Assembly: GCA_030599585.1 (NCBI GenBank) | Contig: JAUVNS010000034.1 | Location: 1 to 17,010 of the forward strand | DNA length: 17,010 nt | Reading direction: 5' to 3' | DNA from: Promethearchaeota archaeon | Lineage (GTDB): Archaea; Asgardarchaeota; Lokiarchaeia; Sigyniarchaeales; SOKP01 | Part shown: in pieces, positions 1-7,532 of the stretch | Numbering within the stretch: the stretch's first letter is position 1 | Layout: every line of letters starts with the position of its first letter | The notes under the pieces: model-generated | The model's database searches: none | Seen by the model: the letters and a program-made list of their open reading frames with translations, nothing else | What the model was told of the DNA's origin: nothing | Program-made: the position numbers and the translations under genes

Positions 1-475
1 CATGGACGGTTGGAGGTAATGGTGGTAACCCAAACGACTCTCGCAAATCTCTCCATTTTTTATTTCCTTCTCCATTGGCTGGCACACCATGTCCAGTTTT
101 GTAAAATATGTTATTAGCTAAATTGAAATGAGCGTCTAAAATAAAGCCTTCTTCAACAGCGATATTTCTTAACTTTATAATCATATCAGTGACAGGAATA
201 TCTCGTGGGCATCGCTCATAACAAGTATAACACGTACTACAAAACCAAATATCAATATCTTGTAATACAGATTCATCACCTGTTAATGCTCTACGAAGAA
301 CCGAACGCGTTCGATACGCAGTTCTTCTCCCAGATGGACAAGAGCCTGTACATGTTCCACAGTTAATACACGCTCTCAGCTTCTCTAAACCGGCGTCAAC
401 AAATTTTTGAGCAATTTTTGAGCTCGTGGCATTATAAACCTTTCTTTTTATGTATTTTTCTACATTTTCACTCAT
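1..475 (-). CDS. hdrC: Heterodisulfide reductase subunit C, second paralog (partial; 3' end runs off the window)
   Basis: Not in the ORF track; translated by hand from ATG at 475: MSENVEKYIKRKVYNATSSKIAQKFVDAGLEKLRACINCGTCTGSCPSGRRTAYRTRSVLRRALTGDESVLQDIDIWFCSTCYTCYERCPRDIPVTDMIIKLRNIAVEEG...KTGHGVP...LPPLPPTVH. Two CxxCxxCxxxCP motifs plus the HdrC TGHGVP and PPT.H signatures; no stop before the edge. Confidence 0.93.
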   Translation of the reverse strand, partial: MSENVEKYIKRKVYNATSSKIAQKFVDAGLEKLRACINCGTCTGSCPSGRRTAYRTRSVLRRALTGDESVLQDIDIWFCSTCYTCYERCPRDIPVTDMIIKLRNIAVEEGFILDAHFNLANNIFYKTGHGVPANGEGNKKWRDLRESFGLPPLPPTVH

Positions 476-531
476 GATTAATCCAAATCCCCATTTTAAA
501 ATAGATTTAATAAAAGGTAAAAAACTAAGTC

Positions 532-550
532 TTCACATAAACGTGATTGA
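532..550. promoter_or_regulatory. Putative operator, TCAC-N6-GTGA core (minus strand reads TCAATCAC-gtttat-GTGAA), upstream of hdrC paralog 2
   Basis: Dyad core at 533-546; the same 13 specified bases occur at 7103-7121 upstream of the other hdrC. It lies just upstream of a TATA-like TTTATTAA (minus strand, about 507-514). Confidence 0.45.
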
Positions 551-740
551 TCAAACAAATCAATTGATAATCTTATATGTGAAAAGGTAATTGTCTTAAA
601 AAAATTTATTATGATTAAATAATAACCAAATTCCTACAATTTGCTATATCGTATATTGTATATTTTTAAAAGGTAAATGATTAGATTTATTGGATTACAG
701 CCTAATCTATTATCAAAATTAGAGTACAGCGATGCTATTC

Positions 741-780
741 TAAAAAGAAAGAAGAATAAAATATTATAAAGAGAAAAATT
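741..780 (-). terminator. Probable archaeal oligo-U/pyrimidine-rich terminator after mvhG
   Basis: Minus strand after the stop reads aatttttctctttataatattttattcttctttcttttt. Confidence 0.4.
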
Positions 781-794
781 GTTAGATTGGGAAT

Positions 795-2195
795 TTATTC
801 AGCGATCGTTTTATCGTGATATTTATGCCCTAAAGAACTCGCCGCTAATGTAAATCGATTAAATAATCCAGCGGGATCTTTAATTAATTCCATGACTTCG
901 TCTGGGTCCTTGTCTTTACAGAGTGAGCCTAAAGTACTAATAAATTTAACACCAGGATCAACAACTCCTGTAACTGCTCCATAACATCCTAAACAAGGAG
1001 CGTTAGCTTTATTGGGGCAAATCGTTCCGCACCCTGCTTGGGTTACTGGTCCTATGCAAATATACCCTTGTTCTAAAAAGCAAGTATCCATTGTAGACAA
1101 TCCTTCGTAGTCACGCTTTAATTGAACGGGAAGCTTATCAGTTATGTCTCGATCGCAGTGGCTACATACGGATTTAGAACTGAACTTGAAATTAGGATCG
1201 TCTCTTAATAAATATAATGAAATTCCAAGTATATCATCGATAATCTCAACTCCGGAGGGAGCAACAGCTAAAGCAAACTTTCTGTCCTCACCAATCTGTA
1301 CGTCTTTCAATTCAAAACTGTTTGGTTCGTATGCTAATCTCTGAAGTATATCTCCGCGGAAATAAAAGTTCGTAATGTTTGATGCTCCCGTGTATAAATC
1401 TAAAAAGTGTTGTATACTCGCTGCGTGTTCTGGAGCTAATTCTACTGTACTGAAAAGGATTTCTCTTAACTGTATAACTTTTTCGCCAGGCTTGTCTGTC
1501 GATTTAAAGCACCCAAAACAAATATCTCCGGTATTCGGACACATCAAATCGCATCCAGCGGCAGTAATTGAACCATAACATAAAATGTTCTCGTCTAAGA
1601 AACATCCTTTATTTTTTAAGTTGCACGAGTTGCAGACGCAGCCCTTTTTATCTAGCGTTGATGGTCCTTCTCCAACGAGAGTAAGCAAAAATGATATAGC
1701 AGCAATAATATTATCAGTAGTCGGCGGACAACCAGGAACAAATACGTCTACATCGATTATTTTATCAACATTGACGATAAAATCCTCAAATCCAGGAACA
1801 TTCTTAGTAGGTTCTTTCGGTTTTTTGTCTGTTATTGATTCAGTTTCAGTAAACTTACGTTTTACGAGCTCTTCTTTATCGTATAAGTTGGCTAAACCTG
1901 CTACGCTTCCATAACACGAACAAGCTCCAATTGCAACTATAATTGCACATTTCTGTCTCATTAGTTTAGCGTTTTCAGTATCCTTTTTAGTCCTGGCAAC
2001 GCCTTCAATAAACCCTACTAAGATATCTTTATCAGGTCTTTCAATAAGAGAGTCCAACTTAAAATCTACTACAGCTGGCCAGTAAACGATCTCTAATTGC
2101 GGTAATATTGGCAATAAACCTAAATGAGCGTTTAACAAGCTCTGATGACAACCCCAGCAACTACTAAGTTGCATGAACGCGACTTTTATCGGCAT
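795..2195 (-). CDS. mvhG: MvhG/VhuG-type [NiFe]-hydrogenase small subunit (group 3c-like), extended with a duplicated C-terminal Fe-S module
   Basis: Proximal-cluster motifs SSCWGCHQS, IEG, GACSCYG and PGCPP. Two copies of CxxC...CFL...C.G..T.AGC...CP.....CxGC (about aa 188-229 and 344-404). C-terminal DPAGLFNRFTL as in MvhG; downstream of mvhD and hdrA. Confidence 0.85.
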   Translation of the reverse strand: MPIKVAFMQLSSCWGCHQSLLNAHLGLLPILPQLEIVYWPAVVDFKLDSLIERPDKDILVGFIEGVARTKKDTENAKLMRQKCAIIVAIGACSCYGSVAGLANLYDKEELVKRKFTETESITDKKPKEPTKNVPGFEDFIVNVDKIIDVDVFVPGCPPTTDNIIAAISFLLTLVGEGPSTLDKKGCVCNSCNLKNKGCFLDENILCYGSITAAGCDLMCPNTGDICFGCFKSTDKPGEKVIQLREILFSTVELAPEHAASIQHFLDLYTGASNITNFYFRGDILQRLAYEPNSFELKDVQIGEDRKFALAVAPSGVEIIDDILGISLYLLRDDPNFKFSSKSVCSHCDRDITDKLPVQLKRDYEGLSTMDTCFLEQGYICIGPVTQAGCGTICPNKANAPCLGCYGAVTGVVDPGVKFISTLGSLCKDKDPDEVMELIKDPAGLFNRFTLAASSLGHKYHDKTIAE

Positions 2196-2283
2196 TTTAG
2201 ATCATTCTTTTTTTTTTATATAGATTTAATTCTAATTTAATTTATACTTTATACTTAATGAAAAAAATATAATAAAATGAAAC

Positions 2284-2964
2284 TTATGTAGGCTTTTCAG
2301 ATCGTGTAATGAGTTCTGTCCAAAATGGTTCTTTGTATTCACCAGAATAATAAATTTTGTTAATTTTTACCTTTATTGCGCCAGTTGAGCAAGCTGTTTC
2401 GCACGCGCCGCATTTAACACAAGTGGCTCTCACGTTGAAATCTACCTTCCTTTTTTTACCTAAATCGTTCACTCTATTTTCCTTGAAAAATGCACCAGTA
2501 GGACAAACTTCGAAACAAGACATACAAGAAATGCATAGGTTCCAATCAATCTTGACTTTTCCATCTACGTACACTTTTGCTATTTTGCCTGACTTCTTGC
2601 ATTTAACATTTTTATATTCTAATTTTGGTAGGACTTTTGCTTTAACAATTTCAATATCATCTAATGCAACGGGTACACCGTCCTTTTTTAAAGTTATCGC
2701 CGAAAAGGGACACATGTATGCGCAAGTTCCACAATAAGAGCATTTTTCTGCATCGGGAATATCTGGAAACAAATCTGCAGTTTTCTTTTTAACCAAATCA
2801 TGATGATATTGTTTGATAGCCTCTTGAGGACAAACTCTTGAACAAACGTAACATCCTGTACATAAATCTCTGTTAAATTCAATAGCCTGATTTCTCGAAT
2901 AGAAGCTTAAAATAACTTCGTTTTTGTGACTATTAACAATTCTCTCGACTCTCGGATACGACAT
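2284..2964 (-). CDS. Polyferredoxin with four [4Fe-4S] motifs (FwdF/MvhB-like)
   Basis: CTGCYVCSRVCP, CSYCGTCAYMCP, CISCMSCFEVCP and CVKCGACETACS; starts 2 nt after the mvhD stop. Confidence 0.85.
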   Translation of the reverse strand: MSYPRVERIVNSHKNEVILSFYSRNQAIEFNRDLCTGCYVCSRVCPQEAIKQYHHDLVKKKTADLFPDIPDAEKCSYCGTCAYMCPFSAITLKKDGVPVALDDIEIVKAKVLPKLEYKNVKCKKSGKIAKVYVDGKVKIDWNLCISCMSCFEVCPTGAFFKENRVNDLGKKRKVDFNVRATCVKCGACETACSTGAIKVKINKIYYSGEYKEPFWTELITRSEKPT

Positions 2965-2966
2965 TT

Positions 2967-3392
2967 TTAATTGCCTCCTTTTATTGGGCTTGGTCCTAGT
3001 TCCTTGAGTACTTCTGAATATTCTCTTGCGATTTCTGTTAAGACAACACCTTCAGAAGCAGAAACAAATATGTACTTCAATCTTTTAGGATTAATTCCAA
3101 ATTGTTCTAAATATCTCTTAAGTATCGGCATTTTTCGTACCGTTTTAAGATTTCCTTCTACATAATGGCAATCACCGGGATGACAATGGCTAACCATTAC
3201 TCCATCAGCGCCATTCATGAAGGCATTAATAACAAATTGAGGATCAATTCTCCCTCCACACATAACTCTTACGATTCGTAAGTTAGCGGGTCGTTGCATC
3301 CTTGAAGTTCCTGCCCCATCGGCTCCGGCGTAAGAACACCAATTACAGAATATTCCTAAGACGTAAGGATCAAATACTTCTTGACTACTCAA
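2967..3392 (-). CDS. mvhD: Hydrogenase/Hdr [2Fe-2S] adaptor subunit MvhD
   Basis: FCNWCSYAGAD, RIVRVMCGGRIDP, GADGV, HCHPGDCHY.EGN and VSASEG signatures; TTG start overlaps the hdrA stop by 8 nt. Confidence 0.95.
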   Translation of the reverse strand: MSSQEVFDPYVLGIFCNWCSYAGADGAGTSRMQRPANLRIVRVMCGGRIDPQFVINAFMNGADGVMVSHCHPGDCHYVEGNLKTVRKMPILKRYLEQFGINPKRLKYIFVSASEGVVLTEIAREYSEVLKELGPSPIKGGN

Positions 3393-5409
3393 CTTCTACT
3401 TCCTCTTGTTTTGGTTTTTTAAGAATAGCGGTTTCAATCATCGGTAAAATTTGTGCATCGTCGAAATGGTTTTGAACAATAGCTTTCGAAGGGCATGCGG
3501 CTACACATGTACCGCACCCTTTACACAAAATATCATTTATTTCTGCTACACTTTCAATTTCATTAAAAGTTATTGCATTAAATGGACAAAGACCGATGCA
3601 ACTTTTACATCCCGCACATTTATGATCTAAAACTGTTGCGAAGTAAGGTATAATTTCAACTTCCTTTTGAGACATAAGTGTTGCAGCGCTCGATGCAGCA
3701 GCTTTAGCTTGAGCAACGGTATCGGGAATATCTTTCGGTCCAACTACATTTCCAGCAACAAATATACCGTCAGTTAATGTATCGACTGGTCGTAATTTAG
3801 GATGTGCTTCCATTAAGAAACCATCTTCGGTTTTAGTCGCCGTTACATTGAAAATCCGGGCTATATCATCGATATCTTCTCGAGGTTCTAAACCAATTGA
3901 CAAGACTACCATATCAACTTCAAGCTCAATTGGTCTTTGTAGCGTGGTATCCTCAGCGCGTATTATTACGTTATCATTCTCACCTTCTAATATCTCTGCC
4001 ACTCGTCCTCTAATAAACTTAATTCCGTAGTTCTTCGCCGTATCGTTGTAAAATTCTTCGTAACCTTTCCCAAATGCTCTAAGATCAATATAGAATATAA
4101 ATAATTGAGTATCAGGGTGTTTTTCTTTATAGGACCTGGCTTGTTTCGTGGCATACATACAACAGACTCTTGAGCAGTATTTTCTGCCTTTTCCGGTAAA
4201 TTCTCGACTGCCTACGCATTGAACCCAAACTATTGATTTCGGTTCTTTTAAATCTGACGGTCTTTTAACTTTTCCTTCAGTGGGTCCATAGGAACTTAAT
4301 AACCTTTCCATCTGAAGTGCGTTAATAACATTTTTATGTCTTCCGAATCCATACTGCCCCATTCTTCTTGCATCGTATGGTTGAAATCCTGTAGCTAAAA
4401 TAATGGTTCCAACTTTGACATCTACATATTCGGGTTTATCGTCGTATCGAACTGCGGAAGTAGGGCATGCTTCGGCGCAAATTCCGCACCTAATACAATG
4501 ATTCATATCGATTGTATACTCACCAGGTACAGCTTGAGGAAACGAGAGATAGATTGCCTTTCTTGGCTTCATTCCCAGGTCAAATTCGTTAGCGCACTCA
4601 ACTGGGCATATGTCAATGCAGTGCCCACATCCTGTACAAATATTCTGATCAATATAGTGAGGATATTTTTCTATTCTGACTTGAAAATTACCTACATATC
4701 CATCTAACGATACGACTTCAGAATACGTCATCAATTCAATGTTAGGATTTCGGGCTACTTCGCTCATCTTTGGAGTTGTAATACACGATGAGCAGTCCAT
4801 TGTAGGGAATGTTTTATCAAGCTGAGCCATATGTCCACCAACTGTTGGGGATTTTTCTACTAAATAAACTTTATACCCTGAGTTTGCTAAATCTAAAGCT
4901 GCGTTTATGCCCGCGATTCCAGCACCTACTACCAATGTCGCAGGTTCAACTTTTACAGTGGTAACCTTTAGCGGCTTAAGTGCTCCAGATTTAGCTACGG
5001 CCATTCTAATATGGTCCTTAGCGATCCTAGTAGCACCAGGAACATCGTTCATTGTTACCCATGTACAGTGTTCACGAATATTTGCCTGTTCATAAAGGTA
5101 TTTGTTTAGTCCACCTTCTTCACATGTTCGTCTGAAGGTTTCTTCGTGCATTCTGGGAGAACAGGCGGAAACCACAACCCGATTTACTTTTCCAGCTTTG
5201 ATATCTTCCATTATCATGCCTTGTCCGATATCGGAACACATGAACTTATATTCACTTGCTAAAGCAACATTTGGTAGCGTTCGTGCGTAATCACACAATT
5301 TTGGAACGTCTACAACGCCTCCGATGTTGACTCCACACCAACAGATGTAAACCCCAATTTTTGGAGGCTCTTTGCCAGTTATTTTAATCCCATTGTCTGC
5401 TTTTACCAT
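3385..5409 (-). CDS. hdrA: Heterodisulfide reductase subunit A (FAD, electron-bifurcating)
   Basis: IGVYICWCGVNI, ACSPRMHE, NIREHC, GAGIAG, GGHMAQLDKTFPTMDCSSC, inserted ferredoxin pair, QCVGSR, YCSRVCC, EAHPKLRPVDT, GPKDIPD and a C-terminal ferredoxin pair; GAGGT Shine-Dalgarno-like motif upstream. Confidence 0.97.
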   Translation of the reverse strand: MVKADNGIKITGKEPPKIGVYICWCGVNIGGVVDVPKLCDYARTLPNVALASEYKFMCSDIGQGMIMEDIKAGKVNRVVVSACSPRMHEETFRRTCEEGGLNKYLYEQANIREHCTWVTMNDVPGATRIAKDHIRMAVAKSGALKPLKVTTVKVEPATLVVGAGIAGINAALDLANSGYKVYLVEKSPTVGGHMAQLDKTFPTMDCSSCITTPKMSEVARNPNIELMTYSEVVSLDGYVGNFQVRIEKYPHYIDQNICTGCGHCIDICPVECANEFDLGMKPRKAIYLSFPQAVPGEYTIDMNHCIRCGICAEACPTSAVRYDDKPEYVDVKVGTIILATGFQPYDARRMGQYGFGRHKNVINALQMERLLSSYGPTEGKVKRPSDLKEPKSIVWVQCVGSREFTGKGRKYCSRVCCMYATKQARSYKEKHPDTQLFIFYIDLRAFGKGYEEFYNDTAKNYGIKFIRGRVAEILEGENDNVIIRAEDTTLQRPIELEVDMVVLSIGLEPREDIDDIARIFNVTATKTEDGFLMEAHPKLRPVDTLTDGIFVAGNVVGPKDIPDTVAQAKAAASSAATLMSQKEVEIIPYFATVLDHKCAGCKSCIGLCPFNAITFNEIESVAEINDILCKGCGTCVAACPSKAIVQNHFDDAQILPMIETAILKKPKQEEVEVE

Positions 5410-5423
5410 AATTTTTACCTCTT

Positions 5424-6377
5424 TTAAGCGTTCTCTCCAATTTTCTTTAGAATAGGTTTTACAGGCGTAAATGGAGGCACTCCTTTTAAATCAGGACTCA
5501 CTTTCATTCCCAACTCTTCGGGTGTCATTCCCATCGCTAATCCAATTAATTGAGTAAAGTATAAAACCGGAATATTGAATGGAGCACTTATTTTATCTTT
5601 AAAGATATTGTTTACTTCTACTTGTCCTAAGTCAAACTGAAGATGACAAAAAGGACAGCATGTTATAATCGCATCTGCATTTGCAGCCGAAATATTTTCC
5701 AATTTTTCGCGTGTATAATCTAGAGACAATTCTTTGAAAGCGCCTCTTACGCCCCCACCGGCCCCACAACACATGTTTTTATCTCGATAATCTAGACTTT
5801 TACACCCCGATATCTCCATTAATTCGTCGAAAAAAGTTGGGTTCTCAACATCAGTTCCCCAAGGTCTTATCTCTTTTGGTTTTGTGAGATGACAACCGTA
5901 GTGTAACGCTAGATTTAGATTTAAGGGTGTTTTTCTTCCGTATTTAGTTCTATTTCTTATTTTTTCAGGTCCTATATCGTTATAAAATATATCTACAATA
6001 TGGCGGATTTCAATACTACCTTTATACTCCTTTCCAATTTTTGCGAGGTGCTCGTTAACCATTCTTTTCTTTTCTTTGTTGTGCTTTAATGTATGGTTTA
6101 CTTCAAGTAAACTTCCATAGCATCCATTACACATTAATGTGATATCTACACCGAGTTCTTCAGCAATGACAATGTTTCTTGCTCCTATTACCAACCAAGT
6201 GTCTATATCAAACCCGCGAAATACACCAGGCGCAGGACAACACGACGCTCCTTTCATGTCTATTAATTCAATTTTAAATTTCTCAGCCACGGCTCTCGTA
6301 GCTCGCTCGATAAATGGATACCTGTTAGGGATGACGCATCCAAGGAATAACGCGAATTTTAAATCATTACTTGCCAT
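5424..6377 (-). CDS. hdrB: Heterodisulfide reductase subunit B (two CCG domains)
   Basis: FLGCVIPNRYP, GASCCPAPG, CNGCYGSL, HYGCH, CCGAGGGVR and CPFCHLQFD.GQ: methanogen-type HdrB motifs. Confidence 0.96.
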   Translation of the reverse strand: MASNDLKFALFLGCVIPNRYPFIERATRAVAEKFKIELIDMKGASCCPAPGVFRGFDIDTWLVIGARNIVIAEELGVDITLMCNGCYGSLLEVNHTLKHNKEKKRMVNEHLAKIGKEYKGSIEIRHIVDIFYNDIGPEKIRNRTKYGRKTPLNLNLALHYGCHLTKPKEIRPWGTDVENPTFFDELMEISGCKSLDYRDKNMCCGAGGGVRGAFKELSLDYTREKLENISAANADAIITCCPFCHLQFDLGQVEVNNIFKDKISAPFNIPVLYFTQLIGLAMGMTPEELGMKVSPDLKGVPPFTPVKPILKKIGENA

Positions 6378-6382
6378 TCTAA

Positions 6383-6952
6383 TTAGCCTCCTTTATCATC
6401 TTTCTTTTCATCATAATCACCTACTCCTGTAAGCTTATCAAATTCCGTACTCTTTAGTAATGCCTGAACTTCTTTTTCAGCTTTAGGATATTTGTGTGTA
6501 GTAGGTGGAACACTAGGCAACTTATGGAACTTGCGCAATTTATTCCATTTTTCTTCGTTAATTGGAACTCCGTGCCCCGTGTTGTAAAACATTTTGCATA
6601 AAGCAATGTGAGGTGCTTGCATGTAACCTTCTTGAACTGCTAAATTTCTGAGGTATATTATTACATCTGTTACCGGTACACCTCGAGGGCATCTTTCCAA
6701 GCACGTATAACACGTACTACAAAACCATAATTCTTTATCTGAAAAAATTTCTTCTTTAAGTCCTAATTGCACTTTTTTCATGAGAGACCTAGTGCGTAAA
6801 GCAGTTCTTCTTCCACTTGGGCAACTTCCAGAACAGGTTCCACATTGAATACACGCACTTAATTCTAAATATCCCGCATCTCTTAATAAATTGGACAAAT
6901 CGTCCGTGATTTCCGTGATTTTATTAGTTTTTAATACTTCCAACATATCCAC
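6383..6952 (-). CDS. hdrC: Heterodisulfide reductase subunit C
   Basis: CIQCGTCSGSCPSGRRT, WFCSTCYTCLERCPR, TGHGVP and PPTTH. The GTG at 6952 sits within AGGTG, so the true start may be ATG at 6946. Confidence 0.95.
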   Translation of the reverse strand: MDMLEVLKTNKITEITDDLSNLLRDAGYLELSACIQCGTCSGSCPSGRRTALRTRSLMKKVQLGLKEEIFSDKELWFCSTCYTCLERCPRGVPVTDVIIYLRNLAVQEGYMQAPHIALCKMFYNTGHGVPINEEKWNKLRKFHKLPSVPPTTHKYPKAEKEVQALLKSTEFDKLTGVGDYDEKKDDKGG

Positions 6953-6981
6953 CTAATTGTACTATTAATAAATTTATATCT

Positions 6982-7001
6982 TAATTTTAAGCTTAAAATT
7001 A
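6982..7001. promoter_or_regulatory. Perfect 20-bp palindrome upstream of the hdrCBA operon (possible operator)
   Basis: TAATTTTAAGCTTAAAATTA is its own reverse complement and lies about 30 nt upstream of hdrC. Confidence 0.4.
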
Positions 7002-7102
7002 TCTTTTCATTAGTCACTTTCTTACGTATTTTATAGATATGGTAAAGAAGTTTAATAAGGTTTTTTTTTATTATTTATAATCATTCACAAAAACTACTAT
7101 TT

Positions 7103-7121
7103 TCAATCACAAAAAAGTGAA
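7103..7121. promoter_or_regulatory. Putative operator TCAATCAC-aaaaaa-GTGAA upstream of hdrCBA
   Basis: Matches 532-550 in the opposite orientation; upstream of an A-run plus CTTATTAA (BRE/TATA-like, minus strand, about 7051-7070). Confidence 0.45.
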
Positions 7122-7214
7122 AAGTGATTATAAAAGATAATTAAGTTGTTTAAAAGTAACTATAAATGTACATTTTTGAAAAAAGACGAGTGTTCTAAAA
7201 CTGTTCTAAATACG

Positions 7215-7451
7215 TTACTCGTTGTTTCTCGTTAGTTCTTTTAGAAATTCTAACTGTTTTTCTTCTGGTAAAAAAGCTAATTCTTTCTTGATTTCCTTTA
7301 GCTCGTCTTTTGAAAGGTTTAATTTATGTAATTCTTCTCTGACTTCTTTGGATAAGATTGAAAATATTCGATAGAAATATTTCTTTACGACTTCTATTTT
7401 CTCAAATCCTCCATTATTTTCATCGCTACTTATCAGGCTCACCAAATGCAT
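7215..7451 (-). CDS. Small hypothetical helical protein (78 aa)
   Basis: ATG to TAA, co-oriented with its neighbours and filling a gap; E/K/L-rich amphipathic composition (LSKEVREEL...ELAFLPEEKQLEFLKEL). Confidence 0.6.
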   Translation of the reverse strand: MHLVSLISSDENNGGFEKIEVVKKYFYRIFSILSKEVREELHKLNLSKDELKEIKKELAFLPEEKQLEFLKELTRNNE

Positions 7452-7532
7452 ATTTTATGTGATATTTACAATTTCATGTATGCTCAATAAAGAAATGAAA
7501 TGAGCGTTATTAAAAAATATGGAGTCCATATT

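Noticed and set aside
225-247. 23-nt identity with 6705-6727 as a possible repeat or gene-conversion tract
   Set aside because: It encodes the conserved WFCSTCYT motif of the two hdrC paralogs; protein constraint is a sufficient explanation.
532-583. Hairpin as a SECIS element (GUGA...UGA with an AAA loop on the plus strand)
   Set aside because: The SECIS-like reading is antisense to the flanking genes, the upper stem is only about 6 bp, and no gene in the window has an in-frame UGA.
1144-6432. Plus-strand ORFs of 60-126 aa within the hdr/mvh cluster (e.g. 1585-1914, 2357-2737, 6139-6432) and the minus-strand alternative frame 2694-2882
   Set aside because: They overlap well-supported genes in antisense or out of frame and have no recognisable motifs; shadow ORFs.
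3385-6952. Reading hdrABC-mvh as evidence of methanogenesis
   Set aside because: No mcr or mtr genes in the window, and HdrABC-MvhD is widespread in non-methanogenic anaerobes.
7191-7210. Direct repeat TGTTCTAAA x2
   Set aside because: Only two short AT-rich copies; not a CRISPR or a supportable element.
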